In this document: positions 51,362 through 62,938 of the stretch, piece after piece
How the letters are laid out: each line of letters starts with the position of its first letter
How positions within the stretch are numbered: the stretch's first letter is position 1
Source: Candidatus Marinacidobacterales bacterium
GTDB taxonomy: Bacteria; Acidobacteriota; Vicinamibacteria; Marinacidobacterales; DATDRI01
Direction of reading: 5' to 3'
Assembly (NCBI GenBank): GCA_965219415.1
Contig: CBDCNP010000002.1
Span: forward strand, 192,001-256,000
DNA: 64,000 nucleotides
Notes under the pieces: model-generated
What the model saw: the letters and a program-made list of their open reading frames with translations, nothing else
Database searches by the model: none
What the model was told of the DNA's origin: nothing
Made by a program: the position numbers and the translations under genes

Positions 51362-52330
51362 ATGGTCGAGACAGCCGAACAGATGAAGGAACGGATCCGC
51401 GACCTAGGATTTGGCACCGTCGTCGCCAGCAAGAGCAGCATGCGTCTGCTCAATCGAGACGGTAGTTTCAACACCGCCCGCAAGGGACTGGGTCTGAAAG
51501 CTTCTTTGAGCCTCTACAACGACCTCCCGACCATGTCATGGCCGGCTTTCGTGTTGCTGGCCACCGCCGGCTATTGTGGGGCCAACGTCTTGTTCGCCCT
51601 TGCCTACATCGCGTGTGGGCCAGGCGCCATTCAAGGTCCACCGATCGCGGACGCGACCAATGCGTTCTGGCGAGCGTTTTTCTTTAGCGTCCACACCATA
51701 TCCACAGTGGGCTACGGGCACGTGGTTCCGGTCACGCTCTGGGCCAACATCGTGATGACGTCCCAGTCGATGGTTAGCCTGTTTGGTCTGGCGCTCGGAA
51801 CGGGGCTGGTGTTTGCCCGCTTTTCGCGACCGCGTGCGAAGATCTTGTTCAGCAGGAATGCGATCGTGGCCCCCTACCGGGGCATAACAGCCCTCGAGTT
51901 CAGAATCGCCAACCAACGCAAGACCCCACTCATCGAGGTCGAAGCAAAGGTTATCTTCAGCCGTATGGTGACCGAAGAGGGGCGTCGAGTGCGCCGCTTC
52001 CACCTGCTCCCTCTCGAGCGAACAAAGGTGACGTTCTTTCCCTTAACTTGGACGATCGTTCATCCGATTGACGAAGAGAGTCCTCTCTACAATCTGACTG
52101 GCGAAAAGTGCGCGTTGGACGAGGCAGAAGTTTTGGTGCTACTAACTGGAACCGAAGAAACCTTCTCTCAAATGGTGCACACTCGTTCCTCTTACAAGCC
52201 GGACGAAATCGTATGGAACGCAATCTTCGAGAATGTCTTCGAGCAACCCGAGGGCGGACCCATAACGGCCAACGTGAGCCGCATCCACGAAATCAAGCGG
52301 CTGGAGCCTTCTTCGATTGGTGTGGTGTAA
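51362..52330 (+). CDS. Inward-rectifier potassium channel (KirBac)
   Basis: FFFSVHT..TVGYG filter, FARFSRP, WTIVHPIDEESPL; TTGACA promoter at 51303. Confidence 0.92.
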   Translation: MVETAEQMKERIRDLGFGTVVASKSSMRLLNRDGSFNTARKGLGLKASLSLYNDLPTMSWPAFVLLATAGYCGANVLFALAYIACGPGAIQGPPIADATNAFWRAFFFSVHTISTVGYGHVVPVTLWANIVMTSQSMVSLFGLALGTGLVFARFSRPRAKILFSRNAIVAPYRGITALEFRIANQRKTPLIEVEAKVIFSRMVTEEGRRVRRFHLLPLERTKVTFFPLTWTIVHPIDEESPLYNLTGEKCALDEAEVLVLLTGTEETFSQMVHTRSSYKPDEIVWNAIFENVFEQPEGGPITANVSRIHEIKRLEPSSIGVV

Positions 52331-53086
52331 GGTGACTCTACTTCTCGTCACCGAGCGCGATCGCGCGGTCGAGCGCTTGGTGGATTCGATTCGACTCCCT
52401 CAGAAGCTCGGTTTGGATGAACCCGGCCTCGTCGGAGCTACACTCGATTGTGCCCAATTCCCTCGCTCCACGAAGTCCAGGAAAGAGTGGCAGCTGATAT
52501 GCCGGATCATGGTAGTAGGGACCGCGAACTGTGTAGAGCACCGGATTAATTTCTCGGGACATCCTCATCAGTAGTGAGTCGATGATTGGCGCGTCTTCCA
52601 CGCGCGCAGACAGGCTCTGCCTTCGCAGACGCCTCGCTGTCTCCTCGAATAAGGCGATTCGATGCAAGGTCGGCTCGAAGTCCCACTCTTCTCCCGCCGC
52701 CCTAGCCAGCTCCTCAATCGTCTTCCTCATCTGTATGGCTACGGGGGCGAAATCGAAAGGAAGAACGCTCTTTGTCGCGAGGGGCCAAATGAGCGCGACA
52801 TAGAGTCTGGTATCCCGAACGAGCAGTTGCCTATCCGCCTTCTCGAAATCGTCTTCCATTGTGTGCCACCAGAAGCCATAGGCCGAACCGCCGGCGTCCT
52901 TCGCCCGATCGGGATGGCCCAACGGGATCGCCGGATAGAACGTCAGCGACGGTACGCCAATCCCCCACAGAGCCTCATCGTTGTAACGGAAGTTGCGCGT
53001 GGCCTCTCGTTCAACGCCTCCTCTATCTCGGAGCACCGAGTCCAAGAAGCCCTTGGCCTCGTACATTCCCTCCGCTTCGATGGCGG

Positions 53087-54454
53087 GGATGTGTCCCGAG
53101 GTTCGTGGAAAAAGAACGGCACCCTCCACTCCGTCATCGGAGTATCGTATCAGGCGGCGACCTCCGCGTGTTCGAGAACCTCGCTCAGACGTTGGTAGCC
53201 GTCGATGCGTCGTAGTTGAATCTGGCCAGAGGCGATAAGCCCAAACAGCAAAGCGACCGCAGACTCCTCGCTGGAGAACGACGCTTGGGTTTTCGTCCGG
53301 CGTCGAAACTCGCGGTTGAGATTCTCCAGAGCTTTGGTCGTTCGAAACGATTTCCACATGGCACGAGGGAATTCGTAGAAGGTCAGCAGCTGATTACCGG
53401 CCTCCTCTAGGCTTCGGACGACGGCCGGCGCGAGAGGCGTCCACTTGGCGACGAGCTCGTCATAGGCTTTGCGAGCATCGATCCCGTTCTTGGCGTAGAC
53501 GATCCGGTTGTAGTCACGCCGGAGCTCACGGCGTGCGTGCGCCGGGCAATGTTGGAGCAAGTTGGCGCGCTTGTGCTCGGTACATCGCTGCAACCGGCAC
53601 CCCGGCCACTTCTCCAGCGCTTTCGTCAGCCCCTTGTGGCCGTCGCTGATCACTAGCTTGGGAGCCCGGAGTCCTCGAGCCTGGAGTCCCTCCAGCACGG
53701 AGCCCCAATGCGTCGAGGCTTCGCTCACCGCCAGACGCAATGACAACAGACGTTTGTGCCCGTCTGGCGCGACCCCGAGCGCGACCCGTACGGGTACGCT
53801 GATCACACGTTTCGCCATCCGCACTTTCAGGTGGAAGCCGTCCAGGTAAACGATCGCGTAGACCTCCTTGCTGAGAGCACGGTTCTGCCATTCCTCGAAG
53901 CGCTCCTTCAGCCGGCTAACCACGCGAGACACCGCGCTCTTCGATAGGTGCTCCTCACCGAGCAGTGGTTTCAGCGCTTTGCGGACCCGGCGGCTATTCG
54001 CGCCCGACAAGTACGTCCCCAAGAGCGCCTCGTCGACCTCACGAGTCCGGCGCGCGTACCGGGGCAACAGCTCGCTCCTGAACTCTGTCGTTTCTCCCGT
54101 TTCCTCGTCTCGCACGCGGGCTCGTGGCACCCGGAGCTCGCGAGTTCCCACCGACGTCGTCACGCGACGGGTTTCGGCTCCGTTGCGATATCCACGGCGG
54201 TCTTCCGCACGCTCGTAGCTACAACACCCCAGCGCTTGGTCGACTTCTTCCTCGAGCACAACCTCGATCGCCTCCAGTACCCGCATACGCAGCCGAAGTT
54301 GGACGAACTCCCGGTACTCGCTTACAGACTCCTTCAATATGGTGGTAAGGCTTCTTCATGGCGTAATCCTCCTCCTCGCTTTTCCAGGCGCGGTTTCGTT
54401 TTGCTTAACCGGAGGTTACGCCATTCTTATTTCCACGGGAAGCGGGACGGATCC
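53087..54454 (-). mobile_element. IS256-family insertion sequence with 8-bp TSD
   Basis: IRs GGATgtGTCCCG..CGTGGAAA and GGATccGTCCCG..CGTGGAAA. TSD GATGGCGG at 53079-53086 and 54455-54462. Confidence 0.93.
53150..54359 (-). CDS. IS256-family transposase; apparent frameshift just after the ATG
   Basis: YRNG, YLDG, ISDGHKGL, QRCTEHK and LENLNREFRRR. Confidence 0.92.
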
Positions 54455-55482
54455 GATGGCGGTCGCGCTTCGGACTCCCGGCGAATCGATCGCCAGGTAC
54501 GCCACGGCATTGTCGTAGAGATCCTGGAAAAACGTGTCCGCGTACCAAGTGGAGCCGCTGTAACGGCCGGTCGAATGGCCAGGCCACCAAGCGACGCGGA
54601 CACTTCGTCGCATCCGCTGCCGGTTCCCGTGAAGGCGCGCGCAACCTCTAGCAAAGACGCGTTTCCTGTGGCACTGTCGGTGACCCCCTCGTGCCAAGCG
54701 TCCAAGTGGTTTCCGATCAGAACGAATTGCTCGGGGCTTTCGCTTCCTGGCACTTCGGCAACGAGGAGTGGAATATTTTTCCACCCGGTGTCGGTTTCTG
54801 CCTCGAGGCGAACCGTGACCCGCCCGTCGCGTCGGAGCGCCTCCAAACGAGCACCGTTGGTCTCGTTAATGGTCACCACCGGGATCTTCGTATGTTGCTC
54901 CGCCTCGTCTCGGGTAGGGTGCCCCCAAACCCGCAAGACGATCATGTTGACGAGCCGTGATGAAGGAGCGATACACACCGCCCCCACCGCGCCCGCCGCC
55001 TCGGCCTCTCGAAGAAGAGTCGGACTGGGATAGCCGCGCAGCAGGGCGACCTTCCCTTCCAGATCCGCATCTACGAAGTCCGCCTCGCGGGTGGTAACGA
55101 TGTTCGGATCTTCCGGCCCCACATAGACGAGCTCCCCCGAGAGCCCGCCGGCCTCGGTCGAGGCGGAGAATGAGGGGGTGATACTAGGTACGGAGAAACT
55201 GCCTGGCGAGAGGATTTCTAAAGATGCGGATATAGGCACGCTCAGGTAAGAACGGACCTCGTGCACTTGGTGTGGAATCCCGTACTGCTCGAGCCGTCCC
55301 TTCAGATACTCGGCTGCTTTACGCTCGCCCGCGCCGGAGGAAGTCCGATCCAATTTGGAAAAGGCTTCAACGACCTCCCACATGTCGCCGAGGCGCACTT
55401 GAGACAGGATCTCTTCCTCTTGCGCGACGACTCGAAGACCCGCAAGAACAACCACCGCAACAACAGCTCACCGCTAGCGTCC

Positions 55483-55954
55483 TCATTTTGGCACTCCCCC
55501 ACTGCCCGTCACGTTCTTTTCCAAACGGACAACCGTGCCGCCTGCGTCGGGAAAAGTGAAATCCACTCGATCCGCGAACTGGTGCATGTAGAACACCCCG
55601 CGTCCGCCCCCCCGGTCCAGGTTCTCGGGCTCCCGTGGATCCGGCACTTCGGCGGGGTCGAAGCCACTACCCTCATCGCCCACGATGAAGACCAGTTTTC
55701 CGTTGCCCCCGGCCAGGAAGCTCACGCGGACCCGTCGACCTGGGTCGCCACGGTTTCCGTGCGTAATGGCGTTGACGATGGCTTCTCGAAGTGCCAGCGA
55801 GAAGAAGTGAGAGGCATCGGGGCCAAGGCCCTCTTGGATTCCTAGAACCTCTGCGGCGTGCTGAATGGAGTCGACCACGCTCATCTGGCTTGCGGCGTCG
55901 ATGTTGAAGCTCTACGGCATCCTGGACTCGTTGGCCGAAGGCCTTTCGTCTCAC
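55483..55954 (-). CDS. RsbW-like anti-sigma factor (HATPase_c_2); 5' frameshift
   Basis: EAIVNAITHGN, DEGSGFD and GGRG. Confidence 0.82.
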
Positions 55955-56039
55955 ACTCGGCGCCTCGCGGTCAAGCCCGATAGCTCATGAGTAGACACCG
56001 GATCGGCGGGACGCTAAACTCGCTGGTGCCCTGCATCAG

Positions 56040-57686
56040 TTGAGGAAACCTACGTTGCGTGTCGCCATGGCCCAAATAAACCCCACGGTCGGGGATTTGG
56101 AAGGAAACCTGCGCCTAATCCGAGAAGCGATCCGGCGCGGCGAGGAGTCCGGCGTCCAGCTCGTGGTGTTGTCGGAGCTCTGCATTTCGGGCTACCCCCC
56201 CAAGGATCTCCTCGGGAGGTCCGCCTTCGTGCGAAGGTGCGGTGAAGCTCTGGACGAACTGGCGGTCGGAGTCGGTAAAACGGCCGCGCTCGTCGGCTAC
56301 CCCGAGGAGAACACCAACTCCATCGGCAAACCCGTTTTCAACTCCTCCGCGCTCCTCCACGAAGGGAAGGTCATTTCGCGGGTTCGTAAGACCCTCCTTC
56401 CCACCTACGGCATTTTCGATGAGAATCGGTATTTCGAGCCGGCCCGGGACACGGTCCCGGTAGACTTTGGTGGCTGCAAGCTCGGCATTACGATCTGCGA
56501 AGATCTTTGGAACGACCGTGATTTCTGGCCGCAACACCACTACCGAACCGACCCGATAGCCGGTCTCGTCAAGCGTGGTGCGGGAACGGTGCTGAATATC
56601 TCTTCGTCTCCCTACGACCTGGGCAAAGAAGATCTGCGCCTGAGGATGCTTCGAGGCCTGGTCCAGAAGTACCGAGTGCCCCTCATCTACGTCAATCAAG
56701 TTGGCGGCAACGACGAGCTTATCTTCGACGGCAACAGCGTCGCACTGTCCGCCGATGGTTCGCTCCTCGCGAGGGGCAAACCGTTCGAGGAAGACTTCCT
56801 GGTGGTCGATACCGACTCGCGCGACGATGTCGAGTGGGAAGATGCACCCCTCATGGAACGACTACACTCCGCGCTGGTTCTCGGCACCGGCGATTACGCG
56901 CGGAAGTGTGGCTTCAAACGCGCCGTGGTCGGACTCTCGGGCGGGATCGACTCGACGGTCACGGCGTGCCTTGCTGCAGCGGCGTTGGGAAAAGAGAACG
57001 TGCTCGGCGTGAGCATGCCGTCTCGCTACTCGTCCGCCGGCAGCGTCACCGACGCTCGCACCGTGGCGGAGAATCTCGGCATAGAGTTTCAAATCATCCC
57101 GATTGAAGGTCCCTTCACGGCTTACCTTGACACGCTCGCGCCTACGTTCGAGGGTCGGAAACCGGACGTCACCGAGGAAAACCTCCAGGCCCGGATTCGG
57201 GGCAACCTTCTGATGGCCATCTCCAACAAGTTCGGGCATCTCGTGCTCTCGACCGGGAATAAATCCGAGTTCGCGGTCGGCTACACCACGCTATACGGGG
57301 ACATGGCCGGTGGTCTGGCAGTTATCGCCGACGTCCCGAAGACCCGGGTCTACGAGCTCGCTAAGTATATTGATGAAGAAGGTCCCGTCATTCCCGAGGC
57401 GGTACTCACTAAACCACCCTCTGCAGAGCTGCGCCCCGATCAAACGGACCAAGACAGCCTCCCTCCTTATGACAAGCTCGACTCGATTCTCGAGGCCTAT
57501 GTCGAAGACGCCAAACCGTTGGACGACATCGTCGCTCTCGGCCATGATCGCGAGCTCGTCGTGGAGGTCGTGCGCCGGGTAGACGCCAACGAGTACAAGC
57601 GCTACCAGGCTCCGCCTGCGTTGAAGGTGACGCCACGTGCCTTCGGCACCGGCTGGCGCATGCCCATCGCACGAGCCTTCCGGTAA
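56040..57686 (+). CDS. nadE: Glutamine-dependent NAD+ synthetase
   Basis: CN-hydrolase domain (GYPP.DL, ICEDLW) plus SGGIDS, ENLQARIR, TGNKSE and PPSAEL. Confidence 0.95.
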   Translation: MRKPTLRVAMAQINPTVGDLEGNLRLIREAIRRGEESGVQLVVLSELCISGYPPKDLLGRSAFVRRCGEALDELAVGVGKTAALVGYPEENTNSIGKPVFNSSALLHEGKVISRVRKTLLPTYGIFDENRYFEPARDTVPVDFGGCKLGITICEDLWNDRDFWPQHHYRTDPIAGLVKRGAGTVLNISSSPYDLGKEDLRLRMLRGLVQKYRVPLIYVNQVGGNDELIFDGNSVALSADGSLLARGKPFEEDFLVVDTDSRDDVEWEDAPLMERLHSALVLGTGDYARKCGFKRAVVGLSGGIDSTVTACLAAAALGKENVLGVSMPSRYSSAGSVTDARTVAENLGIEFQIIPIEGPFTAYLDTLAPTFEGRKPDVTEENLQARIRGNLLMAISNKFGHLVLSTGNKSEFAVGYTTLYGDMAGGLAVIADVPKTRVYELAKYIDEEGPVIPEAVLTKPPSAELRPDQTDQDSLPPYDKLDSILEAYVEDAKPLDDIVALGHDRELVVEVVRRVDANEYKRYQAPPALKVTPRAFGTGWRMPIARAFR

Positions 57687-58121
57687 CCAGACCGGAAACG
57701 ACCTCACCTCCTTTTTGGTCGCCTTCTACGGCCGAACCGCTCACTCGGCGGGAGCCCCCTGGAAAGGCTATCCGCCCTGGATGCGATTGAGCTCATGGGT
57801 GTGATGATCAACTATTATCGAGAGCACCTACATCCCTCGGCTCGTAGTCATTACGCGATTCTCAAGGGCGGCAAAGCCCCGAACGTCGTCCCCGACTTTG
57901 CAAAGGCCTGGTTCTACGTCCGGGGCGGGACGCGGGAGATGGTCGACGAGATGACTAAGGGCAAGGCTTACCCGTCATCGATCCCTGCCGACGTGTCGCC
58001 ACCCGTTCTTCCCGACCCTTACGAGAATCCAGATTGGACTCCCGGCGATTTGGACTACCCGACATGGTGTTCTTTCGTTTGGGAGGAGCTGCCGGAAGAC
58101 GACGATCAACCACCGAAGTAA
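57687..58121 (+). pseudogene. Remnant of an M20/AbgB-like amidohydrolase
   Basis: FYGRTAHSAGAPW..SALDAIELM...REH...GG.APNVVP. The N-terminus is missing and the sequence jumps to a C-terminal segment. Confidence 0.65.
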
Positions 58122-58125
58122 GAAA

Positions 58126-58922
58126 CTATTGGGCGAGATGCGCTGGCGAGTAACCCTGCAACCAGACGACGCCGGCTAGCTCGTCACCAAGTTCGAAAGA
58201 GGGACCGAGGTCCTCGGTGATCGTCGAAGCGGCAAAGAAATCCGTCGTGGGTCGGTTCGCGTCCCCATCATGCAGACTGACGGGAAGACATCGGAACTCT
58301 CGCCCCTCGTAAGAGAGCATCTTCGGGGGCCCGTCGATCGGGCTTTGTAAGCTACCGATGTCTTGGTTGCCGGCTTTTTGAGGAACGTACATTCGAATAC
58401 CAGTTCGAAGGGCGGATCGGCCTCGCCGGTGTCGTCGATCAAGGGCAGTTGAAGATAGGGTTCCCTTTTGTGAAGGACGGTCGGCCACTGGAAGTTAGAG
58501 TATCGGAGGTTGTCTCGGGCTCCGGAGGCCGGGAAGAGTGGATCATTGGAGAGACGGGAGGCATGACCATTCGTTTCTACGATTTGCTCCACTCGACCGG
58601 ACGTTCTCGATACAGCGCGGGTGAAACGCATGAGTTCATTGTCAACGCTCTCGCGTTGTCTCTCCGCAGAGTCCCACCTCTTCCGGTTTCCACGGACCCC
58701 GACGACGGTGACGTTCTGTTACGTTCGCTATGCGTGAGCCCGCAGCTCGACGCCAGCTAGTTTCTGGGACTTGATCAACAGGTCCGGCTTCTCCACCACC
58801 CTCAAGATTCGCCCCATGACCTTTCCCGGCGCTAGCGCAAGAGCGCGCCAGTACTCCGCGTGTTCGATGCCCTTGCCCACCGCTGAATTGGCGGTCGCCG
58901 ACATGATGATGTCCGCATCCAT
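58126..58922 (-). pseudogene. Hypothetical protein with an internally inverted middle segment (58390-58732)
   Basis: N- and C-terminal parts are on the - strand and the middle on the + strand. The junction RAHA|FEYQFEG is in frame after flipping. Confidence 0.6.
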
Positions 58923-59131
58923 AGATCCCTCTGTAAGGGAAGTAGCAATATCCGGACCACCGGAATCCAGAATCGAACACGCGCAATCGTTAGTGATAAC
59001 GGACCTTAGGGGGCTGGCGCGGCGGCATGGCGATTCGAATGTAGGGTAGTTCCCCCACCGACGCCTGGCCACCTGCGGTATTGCCACCCCCGTAGTATGG
59101 TGTCGGGAACTCCGAGTAGGGGCTCGGCGCC

Positions 59132-61194
59132 TCAGGTAAGGCCCAGCACCTTGTCCAAATTGTTGGGAAAGACGACCGTGAACGTCGATCCCTTTTCCTC
59201 TTCGCTATCGACGAGGATCTCTCCCCGGTGGTCCTCCATAATCTTGTAGCAAATCGACAGTCCCAGACCGGTACCCACGCCCACCCCCTTGGTGGTGAAA
59301 CCGGGGTCGAAGATCTTCTCCAATTTCTCTTTCGGGATGCCCTTGCCGTTGTCTTGGATGGCGACGTGGACCTTTTCATCTTTTTCGAAGGTCGTCACCG
59401 TGATTTCACCCTTGCCGACTATCGATTGCTGGGCGTTGACGAGGAGGTTGAGAAACACTTGGTTCATCCGGCCAGGATAACAGGCCACCGGCGGAATCTT
59501 CCCGTATTCCTTGGTTAGTTTGATGTCGTGTTTAATCTGGTGATAGACCAAGGCCAAACTATCGTCCAGTCCTTCGTGTATATCCACCGTCTTCAATTCC
59601 GCCTCATCGAGTCGTGCAAAGCTCTTTAGCCTTCGCACGATGTTCGCCACTCGTTTTGCCCCGGTGTCGATGACCCGGCTGGCGTCCCCAATGACACTAA
59701 GGGCTCGAGATACGCCTCCGGCGTCTCCGCCCGTTTCCCCTTCGAGCGATTGCTCGAGCCTCCGCACTGCCTCCTTCAACGTGTCGTTCATGCTGTGAAT
59801 CGCACCGACCGGTGTGTTGATCTCGTGAGCGATTCCAGCGACCAACATTCCAAGCGCTGCCATCTTCTCGGATTGCACCAACTGAGTCTGCGTCTGCCGC
59901 AAGTACTGATTCGCTTGCGCGAGCTCCTCCAGTGCCTTCTTGACTTCACTAATGTCGTGCGCGATTCCTATGAGGAGCAACACCGACCCGCTTCCGCTCG
60001 TGAGCGCCGAGAGATCGGTCGAGTACCAACGCCAGGAACCATCCAAGTGTCGAACCCGATATTCGATACCGCTGTGCTCGATTCCGCCCTTGCGCGCCGC
60101 TTCAAACATTTCCCTGCAACGCTCGATGTCATCGGGATGGAGGAAACTCTCAAACGATTCACCTTCGACATTGGCTACTTCATGTCCGAGGAAACGTGTC
60201 CAATTCGGCGATACGTAAGAGAAAAGGCCTTCTGGCGTCAGCGCGTAGATAATGTCGTTTGCGTTCTCCACGAGTCCGCGAAACCTCGCTTCACTCTCCC
60301 TAAGAGCTTGCCGGGCCCTCCGCCGTTCCTCGGTGACCGCCGCCAAGGCATAGTCGTCATCATCACCACGCCGAGAAAGGTCCAGAGGAGGATCATCCTC
60401 CGATCGAACGCCCCGTGACCAAACGGACCATAGCCCTGTGCGGTACCCCAAACGCCGAGCGTTGAAACGATCAAGATGGCGGTCGATGCGCCGCGAGAAC
60501 CGAAGCGGAGGGCGGTCCAAACCAGGAAGGGGAAAAGACCTCCTATCACGCTGACCGCTGTGGTCGACGGGAGCCAACCTCCGAACGCCAGCACACTGAC
60601 CGTGAGAAGGGCTAGCCCGAGAAACGTGCCTTCGGCGACTCGGCCGATCTGACGTGGCCGGGAGCTCCAAGTGAGCAGAAAGGGCGCGACGGTGAGAATT
60701 CCCATCGTGTCGCCCACCCAGTACTTCAACCATTCGAGCCCGACTTCTCCGGGGGGTATGCGGCCGGCAGTATAGAAACTGATGAGCCCGATGGTCGAGC
60801 CCGCGATACAGGACACGACAGCCACTCCTGCCAATGCCGCCACGTCGTAGAGGCGGTCCAAGGAATTTCGGAATCCAAAGACCCGCTTCAGAAGGTAGGC
60901 ACCCACGACCGCTTCCAACGTGACGCCCGCCATACTGATGGCGACTTGCGCCGAAGGCGCCTCCCCCCACGACAGAAACGCGGTTCCTATGGCGAGGCCC
61001 GGCCAGAGCCTGATGCCCCCGATGAGAAGCGCAACGAGCGCAACGCCACTCGGAGGCCACACCACTTTGACATCCCACCCCGAGTCCATGACGTGCGACA
61101 GGGCGAGATGTCCTAGAACGAGGTACACCCCGGCGAGCGCGGCGATCTTCAGTAAGTATTTGATCTTGGATCGGAGTCCTGTAGACAGGCTCAT
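59132..61194 (-). CDS. MASE1-PAS sensor histidine kinase; frameshift at ~60350
   Basis: WPPSG MASE1 TMs, PAS (HPDD), AHEINTP, NA.Q, DNG.G and GTGLGL. Confidence 0.88.
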
Positions 61195-61393
61195 AGCGCA
61201 GACATAGGCCGGACGGGTAATTATATTTCTTGCCGATGCTAGAGAACAGCGGGGGTTGAGGAGTCTCGGGCGACCAGTGCGGCCTGGCGTTGGTTGAGTC
61301 GAATACCCGGGCGTGCCTTTCGTAGCTGCGCGACGGCGTCTCTTCCGTAGTAAGCCAAGAGCCCACCCATCATTAGAAACAGGACTCCGTATT

Positions 61394-62308
61394 TCATGGC
61401 TGTATCCGACCATAACAGAACAGTTTCTTGTTGGCGGTGCTAATGAGGACGTGGCGTTGGTCGACGTCTTCGATTCGGCACTCCCCCACCCAATCGGGAA
61501 TCGCGACCTTTTGGCACAACCTTCCCGTTTGTAGCTCCAACGTCCACAAATAGTAGTGCCCGCCATGCGGTTCGGCGGGATCGAAAGTCAACTCCCGATA
61601 CCGCTCTGACACAACCATGTAGACGAAGCCATCACTGTAACGATAAGAGTAGTAGTTCCCGGTGATGAAGTGGCCTTCCCGCGCGAGGTCGAAATGCCAA
61701 CGCGATGCACCATTGGTTGCGGCTCGGAAAAGGTGAAATCCCTCGTCGTCTTCCGATCCGCGAGTGAGCACGTCACCGTTATCGAGCTTCAAGGGTTGTC
61801 CCATGTAGAAATTCCAAGGAGCGTCTTTCGCTTGCGCGTTGTCCATCCACTCTTCCGGATCGGCCCCCGCTTCTCCGACAACGTTCCCGGTATGGATGCT
61901 CAACACCTTCCCACCTTCGCAGAAACACAGCGACCCCTCCACATGGGCGGCGGTGCCCGGAACAGGCGGACCGACGAAGGGAATGAGCTCGAGAAGACGG
62001 CGCCCCCAACTCACTTCTCGGCGAGTCGGCCACAACAGCTTTCCTGTATCGACCGAGATCCCCCAAGCACCGAAGCTCGCGGTCCAAGGCCCGCCGGACT
62101 TCGTTTCGGTGGCCACGATCACGCCGTCGCTAATCCCACAGATCGTGTTCGGCCCCTCGAATGTGTGCTCCCATAGCCTGCGACCGCTCTGTAGGTCCAC
62201 GCAAAACCACTGCCCGACCGCTTTCCCATCCGACAGATGTACGTGGCCATACCAGTCCGTCAGTGCGTCACGCGCCGTGAACTGCCAGGTTGGTTTGTCG
62301 ACGATCAT
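61394..62308 (-). CDS. Hypothetical beta-propeller-like protein, translationally coupled to kptA
   Basis: ATGA overlap with the kptA stop; D..SG..LW-type repeats. Confidence 0.6.
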   Translation of the reverse strand: MIVDKPTWQFTARDALTDWYGHVHLSDGKAVGQWFCVDLQSGRRLWEHTFEGPNTICGISDGVIVATETKSGGPWTASFGAWGISVDTGKLLWPTRREVSWGRRLLELIPFVGPPVPGTAAHVEGSLCFCEGGKVLSIHTGNVVGEAGADPEEWMDNAQAKDAPWNFYMGQPLKLDNGDVLTRGSEDDEGFHLFRAATNGASRWHFDLAREGHFITGNYYSYRYSDGFVYMVVSERYRELTFDPAEPHGGHYYLWTLELQTGRLCQKVAIPDWVGECRIEDVDQRHVLISTANKKLFCYGRIQP

Positions 62309-62856
62309 GTCCGGTTCGAGAAATCTATGTATCGAGGCGGAACCTCTCCGGTGAGCCAAACGCCGTTCTCCGACAAAAAGAACTCATAGCCGTCGGCGCA
62401 CATTTCGTCGGACCGGATGCGTAGTACCACCGGTTCCCCGTGCCTCTGACCAACCTTGCGAGCCGTTGGCGCGTCGGGCGAAAGATGGACGTGTTGACGA
62501 CCTCGGCTGGTCAGTCCCCGGTCGCGAATTCCCTCCACGAAGCGCTTGGCAATCCCATGATAGAGAACCCTTGGCGGTTCGACCCCGTCCAGACCGAGAT
62601 CGACCTGAAGCGAGTGCCCTTGTACGGCGCGAATCCGAAGGCCATCTTCGCTAAGGCTGAACCGACCCTTGTCGTTTTGCTCGATGACCTTCTTTAGGGA
62701 ATCCGCCGTTAGCGTCACGCCTGCAGCGCTCGCCCGCTCAATTAATTCTGAGACGCTCGCCCACCCGCCCTCATCCAGAGACAAACCAATCCTTTCCGGC
62801 TGGTGGCGAAGCACCAGTGCCAGGAACTTGCTGATACGTACGAGCTTTTTTTCCAT
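62305..62856 (-). CDS. kptA: RNA 2'-phosphotransferase (Tpt1/KptA)
   Basis: SKFL..VLRH, K.RF, IRAVQGHS, YHG, RQHVHLS and NGVWL. Confidence 0.93.
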   Translation of the reverse strand: MEKKLVRISKFLALVLRHQPERIGLSLDEGGWASVSELIERASAAGVTLTADSLKKVIEQNDKGRFSLSEDGLRIRAVQGHSLQVDLGLDGVEPPRVLYHGIAKRFVEGIRDRGLTSRGRQHVHLSPDAPTARKVGQRHGEPVVLRIRSDEMCADGYEFFLSENGVWLTGEVPPRYIDFSNRT

Positions 62857-62938
62857 GGGCTTAGCTATCAACGTCTTTGCAACTTCCGTGCCGCCGTATA
62901 ACGCACGGCACTATCACAGAGTGTAGAATCTACTCAGT

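Larger units (their letters stand above)
52338..55486 (-). pseudogene. PA-domain M28 peptidase interrupted by IS256
   Basis: NHLDAW..GVTD.ATG and HSTGRYSGSTW upstream, WWHT..D downstream. Removing the IS and one TSD restores ...SATAI|EAEGMY... in frame. Confidence 0.85.

Noticed and set aside
39036-55033. Long antisense ORFs (e.g. 39036-39953, 42977-43966, 53948-55033)
   Set aside because: They are shadows of well-supported genes on the opposite strand, expected at high GC.
58383-58726. 7-bp inverted repeat GAACGTA/TACGTTC as the small-inversion crossover
   Set aside because: Flipping there leaves the TAG stop in the N-terminal frame. The CAT/ATG crossover restores the reading frame.
1722-61194. 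Programmed ribosomal frameshifting to explain the split genes
   Set aside because: Breaks occur in many unrelated families with no shared slippery motif.
60360-61366. N-terminal ~330 aa of the listed 744-aa ORF 59132..61366
   Set aside because: Arg/Gly-rich out-of-frame reading. The true N-terminus is the MASE1 frame starting at 61194.
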